NCBI GenBank assembly: GCA_051362555.1
Contig: CM120646.1
Span: 6,882,001 to 6,946,000, forward strand
Source: Lingula anatina
Lineage: Eukaryota > Animalia > Brachiopoda
Direction: 5' to 3'
Length of the DNA stretch: 64,000 nucleotides
The notes beneath the pieces are model-generated. The model was given only the letters and a program-made list of their open reading frames with translations, made no database searches and was not told the DNA's origin. This document shows, one piece after another, positions 1 to 14,000 of the stretch (within the stretch, counting starts at the first letter, position 1; each line of letters begins with the position of its first letter). The position numbers and the translations under genes were made by a program.

Positions 1-3000
1 TAGAAGCCCTTAAAGCAAAAATGTTCAAGTAAAAGTGGATTTTTTTATCTTTAAAAAGCGACAATTAAAGAGAGGAATTCCTATTTTACTAGTAAAGGAA
101 CATCCAAAAATAATTTTCCGGCAAAATGTCCTCATATTTCATCAACAGAACCGGGTGCATGCCGGTAATCGTTTTAATTGCTATTACAAGAAATTCTTGT
201 GCACACTAAATAAAACTAAGTATTATGCAAAACCATTTATACAGGATAACATGAAATCATTATTCACCTAAATAACACGTCTTTGTTTCAATAATAATAA
301 TAGGTCTCTTGGTTTGCAGTTAGTGAGCGACTTCCATAGGCTCTAGATTTCGGCATTGCCAGCTCGATCTTGATTATATATATATAACCCACACCAGCAA
401 TACCGTAAAGCACTGTAAAGCTAACATATGGAAAGGTATAGTGAGCAAACTAGCTCTATAGTGCCCTGACACTCGAGGTAGAACGACGAGTCGCATTGGA
501 CACCCTTATTAATACCCGCTGTCATTCATATTCGAAAAGAGTAAATTATTAACCAGACTCATAATGGAACCAAATTGGACTGGGTAAGAACAGGATTTAA
601 AGTGTCCTTCTCTTTTTTTTAAATTTTATTACTACAGCGATAAGCGCTAACAGGCGCTGTCTCCTTCTTGCCACCGTTTGTTTACAAGGTTGTTTATCAC
701 CCTGGTGTGTTTCATAATATAAGAAAAGCTAGATCCCACCGACTCACTGTCTAACTCCATGCGTCTGGTAGAGTCACTGACTCTTATATCACTAGATGAC
801 TTAAATAGTGGGAATCATCTAACACAGCCTACTTGTAAAACGAGGCCGTTGCCACCGCGTGACGTCACTGGACACTAGAAAACTTGCGGAAAATAATTCG
901 AGTGGGGTGGGGTTAACTGTTTAACGATAGAGGGTGAAACTGTAAATGATGTGAATAAAGATTTAGAAGGCAATGCAAAAGAGACCCTCCAAACTGCAGT
1001 GAAATATGGTGCAATAGACTGTAATTAAACACATATGAAAACTGCCTGAAAATACGCTATTTATTATTCACACTTTTGTGCGTTGCAGCCTGCACGCACT
1101 AACTGGTCATTATGTTACCAAACTATCTTACAAATCTTGCGAGATTGCACTTCGTTTTACACTAAAGCCTTCAAAAGCAATCATAATCCCCAAAATACGC
1201 GATACTTTGGGCATGCTCGGAGGATTTCCGTTCTCTTTTGTTTCGTTTTGCGAGGTGAGGAGTTTCATTTCAGGCAGATGAGTTTTAAAAATGCAATTTT
1301 ACAGGATTTTTGTCAAGAGATGACAATTCTGGGATTTTTTTTGACTAGGAAACTGCTTGCTGACGTCACCACGTGCAGATCTCATGAAACAACCTGAGAC
1401 CGAAAATTGGAGAAAATTTTAAGTTCTAAATTTCCCTAAATTTCTCTAAATGAAGCAGTAGTAGTCCAAGTAAAAAAAAAAAGAAAACGGAAAAGAAAAA
1501 AAGACATCCCCAATATTTCAGACTAATGCTTACTTCATTTAATTGTAATATCAAGGATTTATCCTAAGCCAAACTATACAAACTTCTGGTATAAAACTTA
1601 AATCACCTGCCCCTCTATCTGAAACCAGTATAGATATATATTTGTGTTCTTTGTGAACACAGAGTATTACGGCACCTGCCAATTCTCCCATTATATGTGA
1701 TGAAGACACAAGGCTGACCCAAATTTCCCAGTGTTCTGTTAGCACCCCCCCCCCCCCCCCCCCAATTCCCTAACCCCAATCTCATCTCCTTGAATGGTAA
1801 TTGTTCACACCAAAGCAACTGATATCTTCCTTCGGACTAAACATTCCTTCCACCCACCATATGCAATTAACAACACTGAGATTCGTTTATTTTTCGCCAA
1901 AAGAATTTTTGAGACCTCCCCCCTGCCCTATCTATATATCGCGGCAATTTACGTCTGATTGTGGCGCAAAGTAAGAGCTGTCGTTCTCTCTCATCTCCCT
2001 CTCCAGACGCGACATTTATTGCTCGGCAACGAGGTGCTTGTGAGTTTGAAGCCTACTTGATAACTTGGCAGCGCGTCGTTGGTAGAAGCGACATCTATCT
2101 TTTCCCTCCGGCTCCCTCCCCCACCCCCGCCCCCAACAGAAACAGCATAATAAACCTCACGGGACAAAATCAATCAACTAAGTCATTCCTGTGCATAGCA
2201 GGTCACGGTAAATTTCCATCGTCCGCTCTTTTATAAATTTTTCTCCTTGCTTACGAACGTTTCTCCTTGACCCCCCCTCCTCCCCCAAGCAAAACCCTGG
2301 ATCCGCCAGTCTCATAATTTATACTTATGGCCACATGAATTCCTCTGGCGTAATTTTAGCTGTCATACGTGTTTGTTTGACGCTTCACATGTTCTATAAA
2401 ACAGAGGAACTATATCCGTAAATGTGACCCACTCTCTTAATATGCAGGCATGTGGGAAACAAAGTATAACTGGGAGGGGGTAACCATTTAGAAAACAAAT
2501 GGCCATCGGGGGGGGGGGGGGGGCGGTTGACTGTCCTAAACCCCCACCCCTTCTAATGACACAAGTAGTTAACAAAATAAAATGGTGGGGTGTGCTTAGA
2601 TCCCGTCGCCCCCATATGCGGTCTTGAAATGACATCCGCAGGTTGCGTTTTCACGATACAGTTAATTTACCCTCCAAAATGGGATGAGAGAGATTTCCAC
2701 GACCCATCCTCAAAATGCAGGGTAATATAACTATACGGAATAAATAGCAGCAGAAAGGAAAAAGCCCCTAGCAAAGTTCTAGATCTGTCGTATTTTCAGT
2801 GATGTCGGTTGGCGTTTTATTGTATCCATCCGGTAGACTGTTCGTAACCCCAGTACGCGTACTACATTGTACTGTTATGCAGACGGAATGCATTGAACGG
2901 TTAATGAATACCGAACGTGAGACCGAATACGCTCAGTGATTAAAACATGGGCTAAATAGGAATCACTAGAGTGCAACTAACTAAAATGGCTGAGTTTATC

Positions 3001-4059
3001 CCTTGTTATTTCTTTTCTTGATACAAAATCGTAGAATTCTCAGAAAAAAACACTCATTCTTAAGTCGGATTGGGAACTCATATGGTCTAAAAAATGAGCC
3101 GCCCGTTTTTTCTTCTCCCCTTTTCTTCTATGTAGGTTAATTTAAGTCATACAGCCAGTCGTCGAGCTTCTCAGTTTACCTGTTGAACTCCTACTTTAAT
3201 TTCATTAGATCTCAATATGTTTATTTGTGACCAATCTTTCCGCGTAAAAAGCATCAGAACCAAAAAAGCATCAGAACAAAGCTAAAAAGAGCTACACGTA
3301 TAATTGAAACGATTCCTTTTTTGGACTTAAAGTGTGTCTGAATTTACCTCTGAAGAAAACACAATGTCGAGCCTCATCGGGGATTCTTCTTTTCATTTTC
3401 ATCTTCGAATTCGGAGAATCGGACGAGCGTCTAGTCAACTTTGACGCTTCAAGAAGCCGGCGCAGATTCTGGTCGACTGACCCACACGATTTCAAACCAA
3501 AGAATGGTTTCCGAAAAAAATATCTCCCAAATGCTGTCCCTAATCCCAACGCCTCTCATGCAGAGACGCTTCTTGTATCTTAAGTAAAGAACGTTATCAG
3601 TTCTCCCTGCCATAAACACTCGATAGAGGGCTCGTTCTCGCAGGCATACAAGTCAATAGCAGCCATAAATAGTCGATTGTTCATTATTTTCGTATTTTAC
3701 AAGGGCTATGGATTAGTTTATTACTTTGATATTGTCAGCTAGGACTTGGGGGACGTAACGGAATTTAAGGACTTATCGCCATGGCGTGGGTAAATGGACG
3801 ACAGCTTTGTGTGAATTGCAACTATTGATCTATGTGGTGTAATCTTTAATATAGGAATGGATTTGCTACGGTTTGATTTAACAATTGATAATCAAGCGGA
3901 CGCTGATTCCCTTGAATTTAGATTTAAGTGACATTGGATCTTCTGCCGCATCTTCTCAAACGCGAAAAAACTTCACGTATCAGCCATTATCAAAAACGCA
4001 TCGTTTCTCTTTACAGTAACTGCAAGATGAAATTGGTGAATGATTTTTGAATGGTTGGA

Positions 4060-4062
<3 letters not shown>

Positions 4063-4138
<76 letters not shown>
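4063..4138. repeat. (TA)n microsatellite
   Basis: Uninterrupted AT dinucleotide run of about 76 bp. Confidence 0.97.
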
Positions 4139-4140
<2 letters not shown>

Positions 4141-6634
4141 CTTTTTCATGCATATTATAGTGATTCATGTAAATGCACCTGATCAACACCAGATTCTGTC
4201 GATTAATTTAATCTAATAAAACAAAAAAAACACGTCTGATTATGTTTCAAGTCACTATTTTAGCTACCACTGCAGACTACTTCAGAAAGAGCTCTTATGA
4301 GGTGAAGTGTTCAAAATCTAACTTTTATAACTCCCTCCCTCGGCGCTTTATCTTCGTTATCACTCTTTCAGGTTGGACATACTTATCATAAAATTATCTG
4401 TATTAACTTTGTAGGTAAATGTAATTACGTTAATTTGAGTTTGATATTGAATTACATTTTTCATACAACGTCGTCATTTGGTCGAATGTATACATGTACA
4501 TGTACCTGATGACGTTTGGACTGCGTCTATTCCACCCACCCACCCACGCAGCCATTGGTACATGCACAAGCGGACATGTTCGACAAATACTCAGGTGACC
4601 ATGTATAAACTGTCACTCCTATACACACACTAACACGCACGCGCGCACAAACACACGTGCAATACACACATACCCATGCACCTGCAAGCGAATACAAGTA
4701 CATTCGTGGAAGTATAAAAATGATAAGTATCTTTGAAGGTCACCTTAGCAAGTAGATCATCCAGGGTTACTTTAAGTACTTGCCCGATAATTCTACATTG
4801 CAAATTCAACTACCCACTAGCCTGGATACAATTTTCAAATTAGAAAAGGGAGATTTCCTATGGAGTAAAAAACATACTCACGGATGAGACATCAATAAAT
4901 GACCGTTGTCAGGAAAAGAGTTTATCAAGTTCCCAAATACATCTTTTTTATTCTTGACAAGTACGCAAAATATAAACTCGAAATAGTAAATAACTTGAGA
5001 GTGCTCTAAGAATAGAAGGAAAATAAATTAAAAAATTCTAAAATATTAGGATGTACAGAATAAAACTGTTATCACTTACTTTTCTGAAATTCAACAAAAT
5101 TTGCTGAGAAGTTTTTATCAAATTAAGTCAATTTATAAACAGGCAGATGGGATAGCAGTGAACGGAAATGAGGAAGAAATAAATATATACACAGAGCATC
5201 GTCGAAAAGAACAAGAAAAACTGGGAGCTTACAACTGTAGCAACAGTTAAAGTACTACTGAGGCAGTGTTGCAGTATACAACACACAAAGAACACAGAAT
5301 ATATTCACACTATTCCGTTTAAATAAGGCATTTCGCAGTCATCCTTTAATTTAATCTATCATAAAATGATTCCTCTCCACCCGCATTTGCTAATGATGTC
5401 ATTCAATTGATAATTTTTACGGTTTTTCATAATAATAGACAAAGAAAAGAACTTCATTCTAAAAAGTTTTAAGTCAAAAAAGAATTACACGCTGGTTTAC
5501 TCAGGAGATAAGCTATAGAAGAAAATCAGAAAAAAATAAAATATTGCAAAGCTAAATGCAATTTTCAAAATATAAATTAAAAGTACTCTTAAAAGAATAT
5601 AATCGCCAAAAAATTTCTCGGGAGAAAAGCAATTGTCTGACTCACGAATCATTCCTCGACCTGTTTGTTCATATGAAGTCGGTGTATTATTTCATTTTTT
5701 TATTCAATTTGCTAGTTTTAAATGACTGACTGACCAGTCACTAACAATGTCATGCTCACCTACATTTTTGAAAGAACAGAGCACACCAGGTACTTTAATT
5801 TAACGGATTTTACACCTTTCAAGGTCTGAATATGATTGCTAGCTTGTAGGATAAATAGACGAAGAAAATATGACTTAGTGGGATTTTCAAATGCGTACGT
5901 GTGCCCTGAAGTGGTCGAAAAGCACCGGATAACCTGAAGACGGACATACTATAGGGTTGTATATACATTACAAACTATCATAATCTTATATTTGATTAAT
6001 TCTTAATTCGCTCCTCTAAAATTCTATTGCAAGCCTCAAGATTCAGGACATTATGGACAAAACTTTGTTAAGTAAATAATGAGTTATTTTCCAGCTGATA
6101 AATTTGACCTTTATTTTGTCTGCTCATGCATTGCGCTTTCATGAATAAAAAATATTTAACTGAATACAGATCCAAATGGGCGTGTCTCAGCACAGTATGT
6201 GTTGATGAAACGCGAAAGAGGTGTGTTATTAGTATATAATTGATAATAAAATCTTCTGCAAAAGGTGATTAATTATTTAAAAAGTCGGTCGCCTTTTAAA
6301 TGCTGAAGGTGATATTTGAAAACGATGCCATGTCATTGAAAGTGGGAAAATTTTTGGTCTGCGATCTACATTAAATTGTCCAGCAGTCTTTTTATTCTAC
6401 ACTAAGGTGTTGCATTCATTTTTTAGTTGTTTCTGCTGTGAAATCTTCCTAGCACTCTGCTGCCGGTTTTTGCAATGAATCATTTATCAAAGATGTCGGA
6501 ATACGCGGACGTCAATATCTCCTTCATTCAAGATATGTTTGTCTTTATTATCATAGTATATGGTGTATATAGTATTTATATTGATATTAACATCAGGTGT
6601 CCATAATCACTAACGCAAGGATGCCTTTCTGTAC

Positions 6635-6674
6635 AGTAAAGTAAAGTAAAGTCAAGTAAAGTAAAGTAAAGTAA
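6635..6674. repeat. (AGTAA)n pentanucleotide microsatellite
   Basis: agtaa repeated about 8 times with one variant (agtca). Confidence 0.9.
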
Positions 6675-8710
6675 AAGCCAATAGCCGCCTTGAAATAGAT
6701 GCAAAATTGAAATGTTGATCCAAAAGGACCTTTAGCTTTCTAAGAGTAACGAAACGATATTTAGCACTAGTAATGTACAACTGTTCGCAAATTTCACACT
6801 GCAGCCATCTCGACTCCGCCGACACGTGCATCAAGTAAACATGCGTGCACGCACACCAGAACACGCCTTAAAATTCACACGTTCAGTGTGTTACTCTTAA
6901 AGGCCATACGACGAAAAAAAATCGGGTTATGTTCCTTTTTTTTTCAAACTGTAATCAATTGATGTAGCTATTCGCTGATCCGTGAATTAAGCCGACAATT
7001 GACCGACCAGGACAGCCCCACGCATAAAAGGAAGGACCAATGTCAACGGATACGTTCTCTTGAAAAGATTGAGCTTTTAAACTGAAGTAAAAAGTGCCTA
7101 ACAGTCTGCGCTGAAAAAAAAAAAAACACTGCAACTTGAGAGACCACGATTAAGCACCTACTGATTTTGCTTCTCATCTTTACTTCGAACCGATCGTAAT
7201 CTGTTTAGCGCTACCGACATACTTCATCAATGTAACTTTACACATATACTACATGTAGTACATTGTACATCAAGAACGAATCATTATAAGGGTCCTATTA
7301 GTAGCTTTGTATTTTACATATATATTTTATCAACTTATTTATTTCGCGTACATAACTGCCATTCATATGGTTTACTTGTTTCACTGAATAGTCTGCTTCT
7401 CTTTTTAATAAGCAACATCGATATCGAAAAAGTCAACCAGTATGCATAGTAGGGTCTTTTATTCCCTTTTTTTCAAACTATTATATTCTGTAATATCTAT
7501 ATGAACATTTTTTATCTATTTGGGTAATAAGGAAAAGAAACGGAATAATCTGCACTACTACAGGAAACATCAAATTAATATTCGAAATTAGAAGCCTGCA
7601 TGAGTCTGGTAAATTCAGGCACAACAGACCACCTTGCAGTGCCTTTCAAATACACACATTTCATTCATACGGAATAATTTCAAACTGCTAGTATGTGACA
7701 TAATTAATTGCATTGAAACAGCCCATACATGTACAATCTATTTAAATCGCAAGCAATTGACTGGATCTAGACAAACGTCATTTTGTTGTTGAATTTATCT
7801 GAAGTGCTTGTCTGCTAGTGAATCAATTGCATTTTTACAGACATCGGTTTGTCTTCAGCCGGAAATATTAACCAATGCAGAGAAGCCAGTTTTCTCTAAT
7901 TAAAGGATCTTGAAACGTTTACAGAAATTGCGTTTAAGTATAAGGGCTTAAATTGATTAAAACGTAGTTGCGCCGTAACTTGATCGGTGGAGAAAAAGCC
8001 AGCTGAGGTTTAAAACAGGAGACGTCGATGTCTGCGTTCTTTTTTACAGGGGTTGACCGTTTCAAATATCATCCTTAGGGTTGACCGACTTCCTACCTGC
8101 TCAGAAACTTAAATCTTTAATATGCAAACAGAACATTTTTCATCCCTGCTCCTGCAGTGTTATATAGTATTATTACCCTCGTTTGCTGTTATATAATTGT
8201 AATTATAATTATTTTTGGAATGTTTGTCCTTGTGCATTACTCTTTTTGATAAAACTCTGAATTCCAGGGTTTAGTAGCTTTTCCATAGTGATTCTCTTTC
8301 GGTAAAAATGCTAACGTATTATTTGAATGACATTAATGTGTTTCATTTCCTGATTTGCTTTAGGTGTTTTTAATCCTTTAGTAAAATTCCTATATGTCGA
8401 TATTAAAAGAATATTTTAATTTTCAGTTAATCTCTCATGTGATATTGGCACCCAATATGCACCACGTTTAATTACGTTGCCACAGAAAAAAACGCACATG
8501 TAAGCAGTTCCAACCCACAAACAGAAAAACATGACAACTTCACAAAAGGAACATCTTTTTATATTTCTTTACTAAATCAACGTATCTCAAACGATCTGAT
8601 TAAACATGACAAACGGAGGACGTTTACCTTAATTTCATGGGTAGTTAATTAATACACGCATCATTTATTTATACTCTGATATATACGCGGGCACACCATC
8701 TAATTACCTT

Positions 8711-9700
8711 TTGTTAACAAGCACAGCGCTTATGATTTTTTAAAAATGGCACCATATGGGTTTCTGGTTAGTTCAACAGAGAACGGTTAATTAGAAAAAA
8801 TTTCCAAACGATTATTGTGTGTGGGTGAAGTAAAAGTCGTTGAACAGATTGTTTGTTTAGGACATTAAAAAAACACGTGTCATTTACTACAATGACATAT
8901 ATGCGGACATTCTTTCTTAAAACTTCTTGTTAACAAGCACACGGCTAATGCTTCTTTAAAAAATTGCAGCATATGGGTTGCAAGTTCGTTTAAGTCAAAG
9001 GTTTGATAGAGGTCGGTTAATTAGGAGATGTTCAAAAAGATTGTTGTATGCGGGTGAAGTACATGTAGGGGCCGTTGAAAAGATTTTTGTGTTATATATA
9101 CCGACCAACAATAATGTTTTACAAGTAGCTTGTTTTATTAATTACACATACATATAAGATACACTTGCCACTTATTAATACATTTATATCAGTGCGGGAA
9201 TTCTATCTTGTAACTTTTTTTGCAAACAAGCATCCGTCTAAAGATTATTTTAATGCTGCACAATATGGGTTGCAGGTGCGTTCAATAGAAAACGTTTAAA
9301 AATAGGAAGAGATTTAAATTGCAGCTGTATTTTAACTACAGTAGTATAAATACGTGTAAATCCAACGGTTAATTAGAAGTTGTTCAAAAGGATCGTTGTA
9401 TGCAGGTGAGGTACATGTAGGAGTCGTTGAAAAGAGAGTTGTGTTACAGAACTAATGTTTTACATGTAGCTTGTTTCTTAATTACACAGTTATGTAAGCT
9501 ACACTTGCCATTTATTGATACATTTATGACAGTGCGGCATTCTATCTTGTAATTTTTTTTGCAAATAGGCATCCGTCTAAAGATTATTTTAATGTTGCAC
9601 AATATGGGTTGCAGGTGTGTTCAATAGAAAACGTTAAAAAATAGGAAGAGGTTTAAATTGCAGCTTGATTTTAACTACAGTAGTATAAATACGTGTAAAT
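8711..9700. repeat. Degenerate tandem array, 3 full units plus 1 partial (about 215-340 bp)
   Basis: Units start near 8711, 8927, 9221 and 9560. Shared blocks include (tt)gttaacaagc/tgcaaacaagc, atatgggtt, cggttaattag, ggtgaagta and gtcgttgaa. The last two units are the most similar. Confidence 0.9.
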
Positions 9701-10948
9701 GCGTGACTTTCCAAAATCATTCTTATTAAATAAAATCAAATAAAAAATAGATGAAATGAATCGCACCTCCCAAAATAAGCGATAATCAAATAAATTTATT
9801 TATATTCCAAGTTTTTAATAATAAAAATGAATCGGTTTATCCCCTCCCGAAAAGGAAAAAAATTGCCGGAGGCCTAAAGCTTTTTATCTCTTGTAAGTAG
9901 AGATTACTTCATCTGAGAATATATAGTGTCGCTAATTTTAATAGTTTTTTTAAAGCAAGCTTCCTTGTGTCATTTCTGTGAAATTACAAACAAAATTTGT
10001 TCTTTTTGAGTCTTGTTCAATCAAGGCATAAAAATTAGCGCCAAGTATATTTGATAATCTAAATCTATTTCACTCAAACACTGATGTAACTGAATCTGTG
10101 GATCTCTAAAAAGACGGGGGGGGGGGGGGGGGGGGGTAATTTTCCTTCTTGGTAATTCACTAGGTGACTACTATGCATGGATATTTGTTTTCTTAATCAA
10201 TACGACGTTTTAGAGCCAATACAGTAAGGGACTGATCAAAATTTTCAATCATTCTTAATTAATTGATCAACCATGCGTATTAAAGCCGCGTACAAAGTGC
10301 TGTTATACATGTGTGATATGGTAGTATTTCTATTGACACGTGAAACAAAATACAAAATCTAAGCAAATCGCTACATGTAAGATAAAAAAAAAAAATCAAA
10401 ATGAATTCAATTGATCAGCTACTCTTAGAGACACTAGCAAGTTGGCATACGGTAGAGTTATGACAAATCATGCACGGGCGTGCGCAGGCTATCAAATACC
10501 TTTTTGTAAAGAAAACATTTAATTTCTGTTTTTCTTTTCTGAGCTAAGTTCTACCAACCGTGACTTTTCTGTTAAACCGAGTTCCGATTTTGGATTTTTT
10601 TCCAATATCGGAAATCACAATGACGCAAAGCTTTGAACAACGTGATGCCAATGACAATAACAAACCATAAAATAGATCATGCATCAATTGTAAACAGATC
10701 GTTCGTCTGGGCAATTTTCTCATGAATTTTACAACTTGATGGTGTTAGAACTATTCCGCAATATCCGTAATAAACCGATTAAGGAATCAACGTGAAAATC
10801 CCGCAGACACAATGAGATTTTACTGAATTCAATTCACCAATGTCCATAACGTACTAACATTATCAATAAAACAAATTAACACCTACAGAACAGCGGGTTT
10901 GAAGCCAGTTTTATAATGAATAGTGTATTTTCTGTGATTATTATTTAA

Positions 10949-11003
10949 CCTGTTTAACGTTTACATAGTATGGTGGCCAGCCCAGCCGTTATACTTCAAC
11001 AGG
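10949..11003. mobile_element. Possible 55-bp piggyBac-like micro-MITE
   Basis: TTAA|CCTGTTTAA ... TTCAACAGG|TTAA: short imperfect TIR (8/9) flanked by TTAA on both sides. Confidence 0.4.
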
Positions 11004-14000
11004 TTAATCGTAACTTTTAATCTTTCAAAACTGAGGAAAAGGAGAAAACGTTCTTGAAAAGAATGAGTGAAATAAAATAAAATGACATATATTTTAGACG
11101 GACGGGTTACACTTTAAAATGCATGAATCATTTAGATGAATACTTCAACTTTGTTAAAAAAATGACATGGGACTGTATAGACATGGGACTTTTTGTATAT
11201 TTAATAGCGCTAAAAATAGCATGGACATTGGCAGTGCTGTTCTTTGAATTATGTTGCTGTCCTACCAGATTTCTTAGTGTTTTAATGTGACTCCTAGTAC
11301 ATGTAGTTGCATTAAAATCGTGTTCAAATGCAGTCTACTCCTGCATCTTGTAAATAACCAAACATGAACTTAGTTCTGTATACCAGGATATTCGAGACCA
11401 CATTAAGTTTAACACTCCTTAAGTTATTACAACCAGCCGCAATTGGGAATACGGAAGAAATAAAAAATCCATAATATCGCACCTCTGTGACTGAAAACTA
11501 CGTAGCCTTGAATGAAATAAATCGTCGTCTAAGGTCACGGGTTACGGCACAAACCGTCTCATTCACCGTATAAATAAAATAAATATAAAGTTAAAACTTA
11601 CCGCTATAGCAGTGGAATTCTTTGGAAACTTCGGTATCAGCTATCTCGAAGTCCGTATCTTGTAATTTGTTGTTGGAACAATGTTTTGATTTGGCGCAAA
11701 TATACTCGCTATATATAAAGGAGTGCTTCGTGTGATTAATGCGCGACGGAAAATAGTCCAGTCAATGGGTTTGATGTTTTCGTATTAAATTGAGGTTGGT
11801 TGTTATTGGAAATTGAAGAATGCATCTCAAAGTTGAATGTTATCAGTAAGTAAAGTGGTCTTAATTTATTAATATCATTTCCCTAAATATTAGCTCAATT
11901 AAATGACTGTTTTTCATTTAAGAAAACCCAGATATCTTTACTCAAACGGGAATCAATGAGTTCGTTAGACGACACTTGCAATCTTTAAATTTCCAAAAGC
12001 AGGACACTGAGAAATCTGCAAGGAGAAAAAATCTCGATTTGCTAGAAATGTAACCGTTTCTTGATAAATATTGGCAAAAGTAAATTGTATTTGATTTCCC
12101 CTTTGTGAAAATTTTGTTGACAGCACAGATATGTCTGTCTTGAGGCTTTTGATTTAGAGAAAATAAAGGTATAAAATGTTTAAGCTAATTAAGCAATCCG
12201 CTTTACCTTATATTGGTAGATAGGCAGATATTTTGTTTATTGTGAATTAAAAGCAGAAGAACAAGAATCAAAGAAAACTCTTACTTCCTTTTCACAGAAA
12301 TCAGCAATTCAAGCAGTCAAAATAGAATAGGAAAGATAACAAAAATTACATATATCACTACATTTTAAATGGTATACCTAGAAATATCAAACGGATCTAC
12401 TAGTACAGCGCGTGTTCACGTGACCGAAATAAATGGTTTACATGGCTAAGTAGGCGCTTCGTGCTCTGACTTTGTGTTCATTGTCATCACAGGTTATCAA
12501 AAATACGAGAAAGAGAAGGCGAGAGAGAGGGAGAGAACAGCCAAAAAAATATTCAAAGGCATTCTACACGCTCCAAATCACTTCTTCACCTCAACAAATG
12601 TTGCGAGCGAAACGGATGAGTCGATTAATCATCCCCCGAATGACACGCTGAACTGAGCGACAATGATGCTGTCACCAAGCAAGATCGGGTGACAACGGCG
12701 TCTTAGATAAACGCTGGTGGTCGTGTACGGTACCTGGGACAAATGTGCTAGGATAGATCGCCTTTATGTCAGATTGTCTGGCTATCGAAATAAAAAAAAA
12801 AAGAAAGAAGGAGAAAGAGGGAAAGAAATGTGCATGTTTTCGTGAAGGTATTGTTGTGTATTGGTACATTAAAAATGTTTATTTTGGACAAGAGAGAGAG
12901 AGAGAAAGGAGAGAGAGCAGAAGTATACTTTTATTTATTTATTTATTTATTATGAAGTCATAGGCATAGATTGACTTTTGAAATACATTTAAGAAAAATT
13001 ACTAAGAAAATGTTGTAATTCAACCTGGATTTTATAGCCACACAAAATGATGTTCAATCCCATATCGCACACGGCTGTGGCGCGCGCGCTCGATAGAGAG
13101 AGAGAGAGAAATATTAAACGAGAGAGAGATAACTTAAAAGATATTCTATTTCCATGTTTATGCTTTTTTATCTTTATAGCAGATTCGTTTAGTCTAGTTT
13201 TTATTTCTGAGTGGTTTCCATGTCAGTTTAAATTAAGTTTAGTATCAGTTTGAAAATTAGTGTAGTCGGTATAAACCTTTTGGAAAAAGCGCATTTAGCT
13301 AGTATATAATGATTTTATTTCTTTTTCATTTGATAGAGGGGACAGCTATTAGAATTAACATCTCTCAAGTTGTTCATTTATCTAATATTATTGTATGTCT
13401 GTATGATACTCACTCGTCTTCATTTGTCCTCAATTTTATGTCCTGGTTTTTATGAGTAACTAACGCCTTGGGTAATTATCGTAAATATAGGGAAAACGTT
13501 GTCAATGTCCGTCATAAATAAATCAAACTATTTACGATTTCTCTTTATAAGAAATTATTTGACTAACTGACAGCCATTTTTCACCTTATATCTCAAGTCG
13601 GGATCGAATGAATCGAAATGAATTCATAAAAATATTTTCACAAAACCTGCCTCATTTACGGTGAAGATATTAGCAAAAAGCGCACTTTTTACCGATTAAA
13701 TCGAGTTCAGTTTTTGCGAAAATGTTATGTTCTCAGAAATGGATTTTGATAATAATTCTACATCAAAAGCCTTTTCTTATATTGCTATATTAAAAGCAAA
13801 CAAGGCGCATAGTTCAGTTTCATCAATTAAAGGACAAAATTACGTAAAAGGTAGTTCAGATAAAGTAATTTTATTGCATTTGAATTACACGGACAACAAA
13901 TTATAGAACAATTACTCGCCTCTAGCTGGACTAATAATTGAAGGATTCTGATATGACATTCTGTCTAAACACTTAAAACGTGAATTGCCGTTATTAAGAG

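Noticed and set aside
1745-2640. Poly-C/poly-G tracts as functional G-quadruplexes
   Set aside because: They resemble fragments of the G-tract MITEs seen elsewhere (e.g. ctggatccgccag at about 2298); no paired ends could be defined.
3292-3583. Overlapping 83-85 aa ORFs on both strands
   Set aside because: No domain and no convincing splice context.
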